DNA from: an uncultured Chloroflexia bacterium
GTDB taxonomy: Bacteria; Chloroflexota; Limnocylindria; Limnocylindrales; CSP1-4
Direction: 5' to 3'
NCBI GenBank assembly: GCA_963748625.1
Contig: CAVVJT010000003.1
Coordinates: forward strand, 192,001-256,000
Length of the DNA: 64,000 nucleotides
The notes under the pieces are model-generated. The model ran no database searches. It worked only from the letters and a program-made list of their open reading frames with translations, and was not told where the DNA came from. A program made the translations under genes and the position numbers. Below, piece after piece: positions 12,215-22,388 of the stretch. Positions within the stretch are counted from its first letter, which is position 1. Every line of letters starts with the position of its first letter.

Positions 12215-12330
12215 CCTCCTGCGGTTGGTTCCTCCGCGGACCTCCGACGGGGGCCTGGTGCCGGCGCGGTTCGGCCGGTCCATGGGCACCGTCCCGTTCG
12301 GGCGGGTGTCCGCGTGTGTGCTCCGTTCCG
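12215..12330 (-). promoter_or_regulatory. rpsB 5' leader (probable S2 autogenous operator)
   Basis: Long structured leader starting CACACGCGG...GGTGC...GCACC...CCGCGGAGG; extended -10 TGgTACACT at about 12388-12396. Confidence 0.5.
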
Positions 12331-12679
12331 GCGACATGCCGGAAGCGGGCGTGATTGACCACCACGGACACGCCGCGGCGAGGGCGGAGTGTACCACAGG
12401 GGGTCGCCAAGCCCGGTCCCGGAACCTGTCCCGGGCCGGCCGGTGGTCCGGGCGAGCCGGCCGGGCCTCGGGGCCTTGCACGCACCGCAATACCTCCGGC
12501 GTCCTCCGCTGCGGCGTTGCGCCTTTGGCACCGCGTCGACCCTCGAACGACTCGAAGCGCCCTCGCATAGGGCATTTCGTGGCGAACTCGTGCGGGCCAG
12601 GCAACACGACGCCCGATGACCCTCGAAGCATTGCCCTGAACACACCCTGGGCTCCGGTGCGCTGGCCGCCCGCTGCGGC

Positions 12680-13081
12680 TCATGGCCGTACAGCACGATG
12701 GTGCCGGACCGCCAGCCCGCCATCGGGGCCCGGATCGACCGCCACCAGGTCCACCCGCAGCGGGTGCGAAGGCAGCCGGGTGCCGCCGGGAAGCGACCCA
12801 GCCTCCAGCAGTGCCCCGACCGCCCTGCGAAGCGCAGCACGCTTGCGGTAATCGAGCGACTCCTCGGCCAGCCCGAAGTCGCGCCGGTTGCGCCATCGGA
12901 CCTCGACCACGACGAGCATCGCCGGTGGCCCTGGGTCCACGCCGATGATGTCCAGTTCCGAGCGGCCGACCCGCACGTTGCGAGCCAGGATCTGCCAGCC
13001 GGCCTCTGCGAGCCGGTCAGCAACCACGTCCTCGGCCGCGTCGCCCACACGCTGGGCTTCCGTCGTCGTCTGGCGCTGCAT
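12680..13081 (-). CDS. yraN: YraN family (UPF0102) endonuclease-fold protein
   Basis: GDAAEDVV, ILARNVR, ELDII, VVVEVR, RVDLVAV. Confidence 0.88.
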   Translation of the reverse strand: MQRQTTTEAQRVGDAAEDVVADRLAEAGWQILARNVRVGRSELDIIGVDPGPPAMLVVVEVRWRNRRDFGLAEESLDYRKRAALRRAVGALLEAGSLPGGTRLPSHPLRVDLVAVDPGPDGGLAVRHHRAVRP

Positions 13082-13116
13082 GCCGCCGAGGATCGCAGCG
13101 GCCGCTTATGCGCGGC

Positions 13117-13509
13117 TTACGGGAGGTGGACGACCTGCCGGTGATCCCCCGTCGCATTGTGCAATTCCAGCAGCAGGGGCTGCTCGTGGCCCTCGAGGGC
13201 GGCCACCGCGATCCGGCCATACGGTCCGACGCCGATGATGAGCACGGGAGCGCCAGGACGGAGGTCGAAGATGACATCGCCTGCCACCATCGTCTCGTCA
13301 TCGACCTCCACGACCAGGATGCTGCCGTTCCCGCGCGGCTCCTCGATCAGGTTGATCCCGAAGCTCCCGCCCTCGCCCGGACAGACGCCGGACGCACCAC
13401 CCATCGCGAACTGCACCTCGAGGCACGCGCCAACGTCGGCCTCCTGGAGGACCAACCGCCACGGGCTGTCACCGAGCCGCCCTGACGTGGGCGGCTTCCT
13501 CGTGGCCAC
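13117..13509 (-). CDS. Hypothetical protein (130 aa)
   Basis: Protein-like composition and GC3 bias; TACGCT -10 box 6 nt before the GTG start. Confidence 0.65.
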   Translation of the reverse strand: MATRKPPTSGRLGDSPWRLVLQEADVGACLEVQFAMGGASGVCPGEGGSFGINLIEEPRGNGSILVVEVDDETMVAGDVIFDLRPGAPVLIIGVGPYGRIAVAALEGHEQPLLLELHNATGDHRQVVHLP

Positions 13510-13621
13510 AGACTCAGCGTAGGGTCACCAGCGCGGCGTCCGTGCGGGGACTGCACGCCATGTCGAGGTTCGTTGCACGCGGCGTGCGGGCACGGCCGCC
13601 AGGTGACTCCCAGCCGGGTCA
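13510..13621. repeat. Copy 1 of dispersed ~112-bp double-palindrome element
   Basis: AGACTCAGCGTAGGGTCA (13510-13527) + 76 bp + TGACTCCCAGCCGGGTCA (13604-13621); fills the whole intergenic gap. Confidence 0.75.
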
Positions 13622-14359
13622 CGGTGCGGCGAAGGCGTTGGCGGCAAGGAGGTCGGCCTCGTCGGGGATGAGGTCGGCCGGCAACGGCGCCTCCCCTGCT
13701 CCACCGCCCGTGTCGAACAGGGACAGCTGGTCACCTGCGAGCAGCGTGTGGAGCGCCTGGAACGAGCGGCGATGGTGCGGCGTCAGGCCGTGCGCCCGGA
13801 TCGCGTCCCGGTGCTCCTTCGTGGCATAACCCTGGTTGCGCTCCCAGCCGTACTCCGGGTACCGCAGTGCGAGCCCGCCCATCATGCGGTCGCGCACGGT
13901 CTTGGCCACCACCGATGCGCACGCGATCGAGTAGACCTTCGCGTCACCGTCCACGATGGCCGTGTACGGACCCACCTGCTGCTCGAAGCGTGCAATGCGA
14001 TTGCCGTCCACCAGGACGTGCTCATGACCACCCAGGCGGGCGATCGCCCGGCGCATCGCGAGGTGGGTGGCGTGGTAGATGTTGAGCTGGTCGATCTCGG
14101 CCACCGACGCCGCGCCCACGCCCACCGCCACGGCCCTCCGCAGGATGACGGGGGCGAGGCGGTCGCGCTGGAGCGCCGACAGCGTCTTGGAGTCGCGGAC
14201 GCCCTCGATGCGCTTGCAGTTGACCGGCATGATCACGGCCGCCGCGACAACCGCGCCACAGGTGGGCGCCACGCCGACCTCGTCCACGCCGACCACGCGC
14301 GTCATTCCGGCGTTCCAGAGGGGACGCTCCCAGCGCAGGGTGGGGACGATCACGGCCAT
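13619..14359 (-). CDS. rnhB: Ribonuclease HII
   Basis: GVDEVG, RDSKTLS, VLVDG, IVDGDAK..SIACASVVAKTVRD, HRRSF; upstream of yraN. Confidence 0.93.
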   Translation of the reverse strand: MAVIVPTLRWERPLWNAGMTRVVGVDEVGVAPTCGAVVAAAVIMPVNCKRIEGVRDSKTLSALQRDRLAPVILRRAVAVGVGAASVAEIDQLNIYHATHLAMRRAIARLGGHEHVLVDGNRIARFEQQVGPYTAIVDGDAKVYSIACASVVAKTVRDRMMGGLALRYPEYGWERNQGYATKEHRDAIRAHGLTPHHRRSFQALHTLLAGDQLSLFDTGGGAGEAPLPADLIPDEADLLAANAFAAP

Positions 14360-14404
14360 CGCCCGACAGCGTAGCGCGCCGCGCCCGGTGGCACACTGGC
14401 ACGC

Positions 14405-15238
14405 ATGAAACGCCCCTTCGCGCAGGTCGACGTCTTCACCACCGGGCCCGGACTCGGCAACCCGCTCGCCGTCGTACTCGACGCCACAGGCCTCACGACC
14501 GACGAGATGCGCCGCTTCGCCCGCTGGACCAACCTCTCCGAGACGACCTTCGTCCTCCCGCCGGACGACCCTGCCGCCGACTACCGGGTCCGGATCTTCA
14601 CGCCCGATGACGAGCTTCCCTTCGCGGGCCACCCGACGCTCGGCACCTGCCACGCATGGCTGGAAGCGGGCGGGCAGCCGGCGCGGGATGGCGTCGTCAT
14701 CCAGCAGTGCGGCGCGGGGCTCGTGGAGATCCGGCAGCGCCCTGACGGGCAGCTCGCATTCGCCGCCCCGCCGCTGATCCGCTCGGGTGAGGTTGAGGAG
14801 GCGCTCATCGCGCGGATCGCGGCGTCCATCGGCCTGGCCCGCGAGGACATCCTCGACGCGCAGTGGGTGGACAATGGCCCGGGCTGGGTTGGCGTGCTGC
14901 TGCGGGATGCGCAGGCCGTGCTGGACGTGCAGCCGGGCGATGTGTTCCTCGACCTCGGGCTGCTCGGCCTCTACCCGTCAGGCTCCGAGGTGGCGCTGGA
15001 GCTGCGGGCGCTGTATCCGCAGAACGGCTACGTCGTGGAGGACCCCGTCACCGGCAGCCTCAATGCGTCGGCCGCGGGATGGCTGCTCGCGACCGGCCGG
15101 CTGGTCGCGCCGTACACCGCGAGCCAGGGCGCCGCCATCGGGCGGGCGGGCAGGATCTCGATCACGCAGGATGTTGCCGGGACCGTCTGGACCGGCGGCC
15201 GGACGGTCACCGTTGTCCAGGGGACGGTCTCGATCTAG
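14405..15238 (+). CDS. PhzF/PhzC-like epimerase family protein
   Basis: QVDVFT..GNPLAVV, NLSETTF, RIFTP..ELPFAGHPTLG, EDPVTGS. Confidence 0.92.
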   Translation: MKRPFAQVDVFTTGPGLGNPLAVVLDATGLTTDEMRRFARWTNLSETTFVLPPDDPAADYRVRIFTPDDELPFAGHPTLGTCHAWLEAGGQPARDGVVIQQCGAGLVEIRQRPDGQLAFAAPPLIRSGEVEEALIARIAASIGLAREDILDAQWVDNGPGWVGVLLRDAQAVLDVQPGDVFLDLGLLGLYPSGSEVALELRALYPQNGYVVEDPVTGSLNASAAGWLLATGRLVAPYTASQGAAIGRAGRISITQDVAGTVWTGGRTVTVVQGTVSI

Positions 15239-15247
15239 GACCGGCTG

Positions 15248-15306
15248 GAGGCGCTCGCCAGACCGCGAGGCGCTCGCCAGACCGCGAGGCGCTCGCCAGA
15301 CCGCGA
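15248..15306. repeat. 19-bp intergenic tandem repeat x3
   Basis: gaggcgctcgccagaccgc three times, identical. Confidence 0.93.
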
Positions 15307-15337
15307 CTGCGGGAAGTCTCGGGTCCAGGTGGCGCCC

Positions 15338-15450
15338 TGACTCAACCCCGGGGTCCTCAGGTGATGCACCGTGCGGCAGGCGTGCACCCAGGTCCAGTCA
15401 GCTGCACGTCCCGTGCACGGATGGCCGTTCCCTGACTCCCGGCGGGTTCA
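15338..15450. repeat. Copy 2 of dispersed ~112-bp double-palindrome element (opposite orientation)
   Basis: TGACTCAACCCCGGGGTCC (15338-15356) + 76 bp + TGACTCCCGGCGGGTTCA (15433-15450); reverse complement aligns with copies 1 and 3. Confidence 0.72.
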
Positions 15451-15549
15451 GCGGGGTGACATGCGGGAGACGACGTGGCGCGCCGAACGCGGGGGATGGA
15501 GAGGCAGCCCCGCCCTGCGGCGGGCCCGGCTGGTCCGGCGACCCCGGGG

Positions 15550-16086
15550 TCAGCCCTGGTGGGCGGCCTGGTATTCCTCGATCGCCTGCTCGAACGTGTG
15601 GTCCGGCGTGATGTCGATGTGGATCACCGGCTGTGCCGCGTGGAACTCGACGGTCTTGGTCACGAACTCGGCCCACGCGTCCACGTCGGCAGGCTCGATG
15701 GCCACGATGAGGCCGCTGCGGCCCTCGCGCATCAGGTTGCCCACGGACTTGAGGTCCTTGTTCTGCATGCCGCTGTCACGCAGCGCCGCAGCGACCGCAC
15801 CAACGCCGGCACCCACCGCCACCGCGCCGAGACCGACCGGGCCGGCCGCCACGAGCAAGGCGCCGAGCGCCCCGCCGAACAGTCCGCCGCGCTTCGCCCC
15901 AGGATCCGTCCCCTTGTCGCCCTCGAGCTTGACCTTGCCCTCGCGATCCTTTGTCGCAAGCGCCCAGTCGAGAAGCTTGAACGCCTTCGCATCGGCCGCC
16001 TCCTCGACGAGGAAGAGGACGTTGCGCGCGATCATCTCCTCGGAGAAGCCCATGAGGATGAGGTGGGCGGTCTTGAGCTCAGCCAT
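15550..16086 (-). CDS. DUF1269-like membrane-associated protein
   Basis: Gly-zipper GGLFGGALGALL..GPVGLGAVAVGAGVGA, LRDSG, GRSGLIV; SD GGAGG. Confidence 0.7.
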   Translation of the reverse strand: MAELKTAHLILMGFSEEMIARNVLFLVEEAADAKAFKLLDWALATKDREGKVKLEGDKGTDPGAKRGGLFGGALGALLVAAGPVGLGAVAVGAGVGAVAAALRDSGMQNKDLKSVGNLMREGRSGLIVAIEPADVDAWAEFVTKTVEFHAAQPVIHIDITPDHTFEQAIEEYQAAHQG

Positions 16087-16197
16087 GGGTGGAACCCTCC
16101 TGGGGGCGGCCCGAGCGCCGCCCGATTGGCACAGGCTACATCGGGACGGCGCGATGGCAACCTCCGGAAGGGATGACTCGCGTGCCCGGACATGCGA

Positions 16198-16222
16198 CGA
16201 CCCCCGCACATCGCGGGGGTCG
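16198..16222 (-). terminator. Hairpin downstream of rplS
   Basis: cgacccccgc-acatc-gcgggggtcg perfect 10-bp stem; no strong U-tract. Confidence 0.45.
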
Positions 16223-16260
16223 CAAGGTTCGCGCGGGGCGGGCTCGAGGCCCGCCCGAGG

Positions 16261-16602
16261 TTAGCGGCGCTCGCGGAGCGTCGCGGCCTTGCCGACCCGG
16301 TTGCGCAGGAAGTACAGCTTCGCGCGGCGGACCTGGCCGTGGCGGACGACTTCGATCTTCTCAATGCGCGGGCTGTGGAGCTTGAATGAGCGCTCCACGC
16401 CGACACCCGACGCGATGCGGCGAACGGTGATCGTCGAGGCGATCCCGGCGTTGCGCATCCGCATCACGATGCCCTCGAAGACCTGGATGCGCTCGCGGTT
16501 ACCCTCGACGACCTTCGCAGACACCTTGACGGTGTCGCCCGGGATGATCTCCGGAAGGTCGGTGCGCAGCTGGTCCTGCACGATCTCGTTGAGCACGTTC
16601 AC
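16261..16602 (-). CDS. rplS: 50S ribosomal protein L19
   Basis: [39 protein letters not shown]. Confidence 0.97.
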   Translation of the reverse strand: MNVLNEIVQDQLRTDLPEIIPGDTVKVSAKVVEGNRERIQVFEGIVMRMRNAGIASTITVRRIASGVGVERSFKLHSPRIEKIEVVRHGQVRRAKLYFLRNRVGKAATLRERR

Positions 16603-16696
16603 GGCTGATGGATCCCTTGTTCGGTCGTCGGCAGCGGCGGCTGCGGTGGTCACGGTTCCGGGGCGGCCAATCACACAGCGGCGGGGCCGACGGCGG

Positions 16697-16725
16697 AGGA
16701 TAGCACGGTCAGGCGGGCGTGTCAG
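16697..16725 (-). promoter_or_regulatory. Putative internal promoter for rplS
   Basis: CTGACA (16720-16725)-N17-TATCCT (16697-16702) with TGn extension. Confidence 0.5.
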
Positions 16726-17482
16726 GCCCGGGAGCCTGCCCGTCGGCCTGGACAGCGACCTGCTCCGCACGGATCTCCGTGAGCAGCCTGCCCTCCTCCT
16801 TGGTGTACGTCCGCCCGTGGAGCAGCTCCGGCCTGCGCTCCAGCGTCCGCCGCAGGGACTCCTTGAGTCGCCAGCGCCGGACCTTCTCGTGGTGGCCCGA
16901 GACCAGGATGTCCGGGACGGTCACGCCGCCGAACGCCGCGGGCCGCGTGAACTGCGGGTACTCCAGGAGGCCGTCCGCAAAGGACTCCTCGCCCGTGGAC
17001 GCCTCGTCGATCGCCCCGGGCAGCAGGCGGATCACCGCGTCGAGGATCACCAGCGCCGCGAGCTCGCCCCCGGTGAGCACGTAATCCCCGATGGAGAGCT
17101 CCAGGTCCACCATCGCACGCACGCGGTCGTCCACGCCCTCATAGCGGGGACAGAGGAAGACGAGGTGCGCCTGCCCGGCAAGCTCATGCGCAATGGCCTG
17201 GCGGAACTGGCGCCCGGCCGGGTCCATCAGGATGACCGTGGAGTCCGGGCGCCGGATCGCGTCGAGCGCCGCGGCGACCACGTCGGGGCGCAGGACCATG
17301 CCCGCTCCCCCGCCGTAGGTGTAGTCGTCCACGGTCCGGTGCCGCCCGAGACCCCACGCGCGCAGGTCGTGCACGCGCACAGTGGCGAGTCCCTTGTCCA
17401 GGATCCGGCCCGGGATGCTCTCCCGGAGCGGCCCCTCGACCATCGCCGGGAAGAGCGTGAGGACCTCGACCTCGAGCGCCAT
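16709..17482 (-). CDS. trmD: tRNA (guanine-N1)-methyltransferase
   Basis: [48 protein letters not shown]. Confidence 0.97.
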   Translation of the reverse strand: MALEVEVLTLFPAMVEGPLRESIPGRILDKGLATVRVHDLRAWGLGRHRTVDDYTYGGGAGMVLRPDVVAAALDAIRRPDSTVILMDPAGRQFRQAIAHELAGQAHLVFLCPRYEGVDDRVRAMVDLELSIGDYVLTGGELAALVILDAVIRLLPGAIDEASTGEESFADGLLEYPQFTRPAAFGGVTVPDILVSGHHEKVRRWRLKESLRRTLERRPELLHGRTYTKEEGRLLTEIRAEQVAVQADGQAPGPDTPA

Positions 17483-17485
17483 CGG

Positions 17486-18349
17486 TCAGTCGGACGGAGG
17501 TTCGGGCTTCGCCGGCAGTGACAGGGCAGGCATCGGACGGCCTGCGGCGGCCATGGCCTCCGCGATCTCCTCGGGACTCAGCGTGTGGGTGCCCGAGGTG
17601 CTCGGGGCCTTCGTGCCCTTCGTGGCCTTGGGGGGCTTCGCCGCCTTGGCGCCGACATCGCCCTTCGTGGCGTTCCGGGTTCCCTTGGGCGGCTGGGCCG
17701 GACCCTTGGGCTTCGGCTGCTTCTGCGGACGCCGGTCGCGCGGGCGGACGTAGTCGTCGTCCTCCACGGGGCGGGCATCGAGGTCCAGGACCGCCATGTC
17801 CACGAGCATCTCGCCCCGATCGGGCGCGAGCTCGGTGACGATGCCCTTGACGCCTGGGACGTCGATCTCGCCGCGGGGACCGCGGACCACGAAGACCTCG
17901 GCGCCGCCGGCGCGGTAGATGTCGGTGATGGTGCCCAGCTCCTCGCCGTCGGTGGAGCGGACGGCGATCCCCTCGAGCTCGTGGTAGAACCACTGCCCGG
18001 GCTGGCGCGGCTCGACAGGCAGCTCGATCTCCAGGTACGCGTCGCGCAGGGCGTCGGCAGCCTCGCGCGATGGGATCTCGCGGAAGTGGAGCCACCACCC
18101 GGGACCGTCGGCCACGGCGGCTGCCTCGTCGATGGTGAGCACCCGCGGGGTGCCCTCCACCATGAGGCGGGCGCCCACCAGGAAGCGGTCCTCGGGGCGA
18201 TCCGTCAGCAGCTCCACGCGGACATGCCCGCGCAGGCCGCGCAGGCCGCGCACGAGTGCGACGGTGAGGCGGGTGGGCGATGCGTCCGGTGAGGACGCGG
18301 AAGCAGGCGGCACCGTGTCGGCGCCGCCCACCGTGTGCTCAGGGGCCAT
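17486..18349 (-). CDS. rimM: Ribosome maturation factor RimM with Lys/Pro-rich C-terminal extension
   Basis: GLRGHVRV, FYHELEG, LGTITDI (PRC barrel); operon position. Confidence 0.88.
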   Translation of the reverse strand: MAPEHTVGGADTVPPASASSPDASPTRLTVALVRGLRGLRGHVRVELLTDRPEDRFLVGARLMVEGTPRVLTIDEAAAVADGPGWWLHFREIPSREAADALRDAYLEIELPVEPRQPGQWFYHELEGIAVRSTDGEELGTITDIYRAGGAEVFVVRGPRGEIDVPGVKGIVTELAPDRGEMLVDMAVLDLDARPVEDDDYVRPRDRRPQKQPKPKGPAQPPKGTRNATKGDVGAKAAKPPKATKGTKAPSTSGTHTLSPEEIAEAMAAAGRPMPALSLPAKPEPPSD

Positions 18350-18357
18350 GCCGGCCT

Positions 18358-18597
18358 CTAGGCGTCCAGGATCTCGAGGCTGACCGGCTCGCCCGTGCGG
18401 GCGGACGTCACCTTGAGCAGGGTTCGGAGCGCCTTGGCGACGCTCCCGTTGCGCCCGATGACCTTGCCCATGTCGGCTTCGGCCACGTGCAACTCGATGA
18501 TCGTCCCGTCCTCGGCGTTGACCACTTCGACGGTGACGGCGTCGGGGTCGTCCACCAGTGACTTGGCGACGTACTCGACCAGGTCTGCGGCTGCCAT
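18358..18597 (-). CDS. khpA: KH-domain RNA-binding protein
   Basis: LVEYVAKSLVDDPDAV, DMGKVIGRNG. Confidence 0.93.
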   Translation of the reverse strand: MAAADLVEYVAKSLVDDPDAVTVEVVNAEDGTIIELHVAEADMGKVIGRNGSVAKALRTLLKVTSARTGEPVSLEILDA

Positions 18598-18604
18598 CGC
18601 GGGC

Positions 18605-18859
18605 CTACTTGCCGCTGGGCAGGATGCCGGCCTGCTTGAACAGGCGGCGGACGGTGTCGGACGGCTGGGCGCCCTTCGCCATCCACTCCTTGGCCTTGGC
18701 CTCGTCGACCACGACCTCCACCGGCTCGGTCCGGGGGTTGTAGTGCCCGATCGTGTCAATCGCGCGGCCATCGCGAGCCGAGCGGCCGTCGGCGACGACG
18801 AACCGGTAGGTCGGCTGCTTGGTGGCTCCGACGCGGGTCAGGCGGATGCGGACTGCCAT
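18605..18859 (-). CDS. rpsP: 30S ribosomal protein S16
   Basis: [28 protein letters not shown]. Confidence 0.97.
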   Translation of the reverse strand: MAVRIRLTRVGATKQPTYRFVVADGRSARDGRAIDTIGHYNPRTEPVEVVVDEAKAKEWMAKGAQPSDTVRRLFKQAGILPSGK

Positions 18860-18953
18860 CTGGTGCGGTGCTCCTCCATGGCGGGCCCTTGGGCCGGGCC
18901 CGCGTTCTGCTGGCGTGAAGGGTATGGGCTTGCAGCGGTTGGCGCGAACGCCG

Positions 18954-20888
18954 TCAGCTGCCAGCGGTGCGAAGGATCAGGGTACCGGCGTCGATCTGCT
19001 CGCCGGGCGTGGTGGTGCCGATCAGGGCGTCGAAGCCGACGAGGTACGGCTTGAACTCCTTCTCGTAATCGGTCTTCATCTCGTTGGGGATCATGCCCTC
19101 CACCGCGCCGCGGACGGCGGCGATGTCGAGCCAGACGAGCGACGCATGCTCGACGCCGGCCTGGGCAAGCGCGGATGCGAAGCGGTCCTGGTCTGCGAGG
19201 GACTCGCCGTCCTTGGCGTCGAGCACGGCCTTGACGAAGTCCGTGCCGTAGCCGAGGACCACGACGTCGTCGGTGACGGCGTAGGCGATCGAGGCGTCTG
19301 CCGGGAGGTCGGTCCCGAGGGCCTCGCCACCCATCGCGGCAATGCCGCTGAGGTCGAGGACGTGGATCGTTGTGCCCTTGTAGTCCACCTCGGTGGCCTC
19401 GAGGCCCACCTGGGCACCGCCGAAGGCGATGAAGCCGTTGAGCTGTGTGAACAGCCGGTCGGCCGCGGCCGCATCGGTGGGGGTCACGAGCAGACCGCCC
19501 GCGATGTCCTCACCGTCGAGCGTGATCGCAATGCCCGCCTCACCCATCCAGCCGGTCACGGCCTCGAAGCCGCCCAGGATCTGGAGCGCCTCCTCCACCT
19601 GCTTGACGCCGTCCTTGAGCGACGGCTCCGAGGCGAGCTGCTGCTTGGTCCGGGCGAGGGCCTCGCCCACGTCATGGCCCTCGGCGAGGAACACGGTGGT
19701 CGGCGGCAGCATGTCGGGCAGGGTGGACTTGGCGTTCTTCGGCGCACCCATGGCCGCCACGTGCGGCGAGCGGGTGTCGACGATGAACGAGCCGTCCTCG
19801 GCGCGGAGCGCCATGACGGCCCACGGGACCTGGAGGTCCGTGATGGTGGCGGGCAGCTCGGGGAGCATCTCGGCGGCGGCGCCGGCCAGGTCGATCGCAG
19901 CGTCCGTGATGGCCGCGGCGTCAAGGTAGGCGAACGCGAGCCGGTCGCCGCTGACCGATGCCTCGGCCTCCTGGAACTGCGCGTCAGTGGGCAGGCCGGA
20001 CTTGCCGTTGGTGGCGATCGACGCCTTGACGGAGTCTAGATCGCCCATGGCGAGGACCGGGCCGATGACGGCGTAGGCGGGCTGCATTGCCGCCATTTCC
20101 GAGGGCTCGCCGGGGTGTGTGACGAGCGTGATGGTGACGCCGTTGTCGGTCTCGGTGGTGGTCGTGGCCCCCTCGGCCTTGACCATGCCGTCGATCCAGG
20201 ACGTGGCCTTCGCCTGGTCCTCGACCGAGAGCAGGATGAGCGCGTGCACGTCGGACGCGTCGAGCTCGGTGGGCAGGGCGCCGATGCTGGCGCTCACCTG
20301 GCCGCCGAACCAGGGGTCGATGTCGTTCTTCCAGGAGACCTTGCCGTCGGATGCGGCGCCCGTGACCTGGTCAAGGACCTCGGACAGCTTGATCGGGAAG
20401 GCCGCCTGGTCCTCGAAGCCCGGAAAGGCCTGCATGAGGGCCGGCAGCTCCTTGGCCTGGGTGCCCGGCAGGTCGAGCCGGAGCTCGCTGTAGGCGACGC
20501 TGTCGGCGGGGGTCCACGCGAGGACGGCCGGGTCGCCGGAGTCCGAGGTGAGCACGAGGGTGCCCGCCGCGGCGGTGCCGACGACGAGCAGGGTGACGAC
20601 GCCCGCCACCACCCACTTGATCTTGGAGCGGCCGGGGCGCTTGCCCGATGAGGCGGCCACGGGCTCCACCGGCACGGCGCCGGCCGCGACGGCTTCGATG
20701 GGCATGGCCGGGACGACGGGCATGGCCGCGGCGGGGGCGGGTACCCCGGGAGCGGCATAGCCGGCGGGCGGCGCCGGCGGCGCCGGCGGAACCACCTGCG
20801 TGGCGTCCGGAGCCGGCGGGACGGGCGGGGCCGTGGGCACCGGAGTTGCCGGCACCTCGAACGGCTGGGTCGGATCCTGGTCGGTCAT
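18954..20888 (-). CDS. Single-pass membrane-anchored protein, DUF3352-like
   Basis: Pro-rich N-terminus, TM ([14 protein letters not shown]), [12 protein letters not shown] motif, two internally similar halves. Confidence 0.7.
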   Translation of the reverse strand: MTDQDPTQPFEVPATPVPTAPPVPPAPDATQVVPPAPPAPPAGYAAPGVPAPAAAMPVVPAMPIEAVAAGAVPVEPVAASSGKRPGRSKIKWVVAGVVTLLVVGTAAAGTLVLTSDSGDPAVLAWTPADSVAYSELRLDLPGTQAKELPALMQAFPGFEDQAAFPIKLSEVLDQVTGAASDGKVSWKNDIDPWFGGQVSASIGALPTELDASDVHALILLSVEDQAKATSWIDGMVKAEGATTTTETDNGVTITLVTHPGEPSEMAAMQPAYAVIGPVLAMGDLDSVKASIATNGKSGLPTDAQFQEAEASVSGDRLAFAYLDAAAITDAAIDLAGAAAEMLPELPATITDLQVPWAVMALRAEDGSFIVDTRSPHVAAMGAPKNAKSTLPDMLPPTTVFLAEGHDVGEALARTKQQLASEPSLKDGVKQVEEALQILGGFEAVTGWMGEAGIAITLDGEDIAGGLLVTPTDAAAADRLFTQLNGFIAFGGAQVGLEATEVDYKGTTIHVLDLSGIAAMGGEALGTDLPADASIAYAVTDDVVVLGYGTDFVKAVLDAKDGESLADQDRFASALAQAGVEHASLVWLDIAAVRGAVEGMIPNEMKTDYEKEFKPYLVGFDALIGTTTPGEQIDAGTLILRTAGS

Positions 20889-20908
20889 GGGTACGTTCCC
20901 CTCGGCGC

Positions 20909-22243
20909 CTAGCGGCGCCCCAACAGCTGGCCCATCGCGGCACGGCGTCCGCCGGCACCCGAGAGCTGCTTCATGAGCTTCTGCATCTCGCCGAACTGCT
21001 TGATCAGGCGGTTGACCTCGGGAAGCGATGTCCCGGAGCCCTTGGCGATCCGTCGGCGTCGGGAGGCGTTGAGAATCCCCGGATCGCGCCGTTCCTTCTT
21101 GGTCATGGACAGGATGATCGCCTCGACCCGCTTGAGGTCGCCGCGATCGACGGCCTCCTGCGCCTGCTTGGCCATGCCCCCCATACCGGGGATCATGCCC
21201 ATCAGCTGGCCCATCGGCCCCATCTTCTGCATCTGCCGCATCGAGTCCAGCATGTCCTCGAGGGTGAACTGCCCCTTCTTGACCTGCTGCTCGAGCCTGG
21301 CCGTTTCCTTCTCGTCGAATGCCTCCTGGGCGCGCTCGACGAGCGTCATGACGTCGCCCATGCCCAGGATCCGGCCGGCGAGGCGGTCCGGGTGGAACAC
21401 CTCGAGGGCATCGGTCTTCTCGCCCGTGCCCAGGAACTTGATCGGGATGCCGGTGACAGCGCCGATCGAGAGCGCGGCACCGCCGCGGGCGTCACCGTCG
21501 ATCTTGGTCATGATGAGTCCGGTGACCTTGATCGCGGCGGCGAAGCCCTGCGCGACCGTCACGGCCTCCTGGCCGGTCATGGCGTCCACGACCAGCAGCG
21601 TCTCCACGGGCCTGGACACCTCGGCGACGGCCCGGATCTCGTCCATGAGCGCTTCGTCGATGGTGAGGCGGCCGGCGGTGTCGAGGATCACGGTGTCGCG
21701 GCCGATCCGCTTGGCGTGCTCGATGCCGGCCTTCGCGATGTCCACGGTGGGCGTCCCCGCCGGCGCCCGGTAGACGGCGATGTTGAGGCCCTTGCCCAGC
21801 GTCTCGAGCTGGTCCGCCGCGGCCGGGCGGTACGGGTCCGCGGCCACGAGGAGCGGCGCGCGACCCAGCTTGACGATGTGCTTGGCCAGCTTGGCGGCCG
21901 TGGTGGTCTTGCCCGACCCCTGGAGGCCGACAAGCGCGATGACGGCGGGGTTGCCGACGAGGCGGAACGTGCGGTCGCCCGCCGAGAGGAGCTCCGTGAG
22001 CTCGTCGTTGACGATCTTGACGACCTGCTGGCCGGCGGTCAGGGACTCGAGGACCTCCGCACCGATCGCGCGCTCGCGCACGCGGGCCACGAAGTCCTTG
22101 ACGACCTTGAAGTTGACGTCGGCCTCGAGCAGGGCGAGGCGGACCTCGCGCATCGCGGCGTCCACGTCGGCCTCGGTCACGCGGCCACGACCGGTGAGCC
22201 CGGCCAGGGTCTTGCGGAGGCGATCGCTGAGGCTGTCGAACAT
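20909..22243 (-). CDS. ffh: Signal recognition particle protein
   Basis: ALLEADVN, GLQGSGKTTT, DTAGR, TKIDGDARGG, Met-rich M domain. Confidence 0.97.
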   Translation of the reverse strand: MFDSLSDRLRKTLAGLTGRGRVTEADVDAAMREVRLALLEADVNFKVVKDFVARVRERAIGAEVLESLTAGQQVVKIVNDELTELLSAGDRTFRLVGNPAVIALVGLQGSGKTTTAAKLAKHIVKLGRAPLLVAADPYRPAAADQLETLGKGLNIAVYRAPAGTPTVDIAKAGIEHAKRIGRDTVILDTAGRLTIDEALMDEIRAVAEVSRPVETLLVVDAMTGQEAVTVAQGFAAAIKVTGLIMTKIDGDARGGAALSIGAVTGIPIKFLGTGEKTDALEVFHPDRLAGRILGMGDVMTLVERAQEAFDEKETARLEQQVKKGQFTLEDMLDSMRQMQKMGPMGQLMGMIPGMGGMAKQAQEAVDRGDLKRVEAIILSMTKKERRDPGILNASRRRRIAKGSGTSLPEVNRLIKQFGEMQKLMKQLSGAGGRRAAMGQLLGRR

Positions 22244-22388
22244 GCGGGGGCGAGGACCCTTGTGGCTGACGGTGTGGATCAGGCCGCACGGCGGAGCCGG
22301 ACGGGTGGTGCGCGGGTTCTGGCGACACCGAGGCGCGAGAAGTGTACGCGATCCCGGCGATGACGCCCGCGAAGGGTACCCTCCGCCG

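Noticed and set aside
12420-12680. Repeat copy or small gene upstream of the rpsB promoter
   Set aside because: Only a short gaccctcgaa direct repeat and weak inverted repeats; no convincing ORF or match to the element
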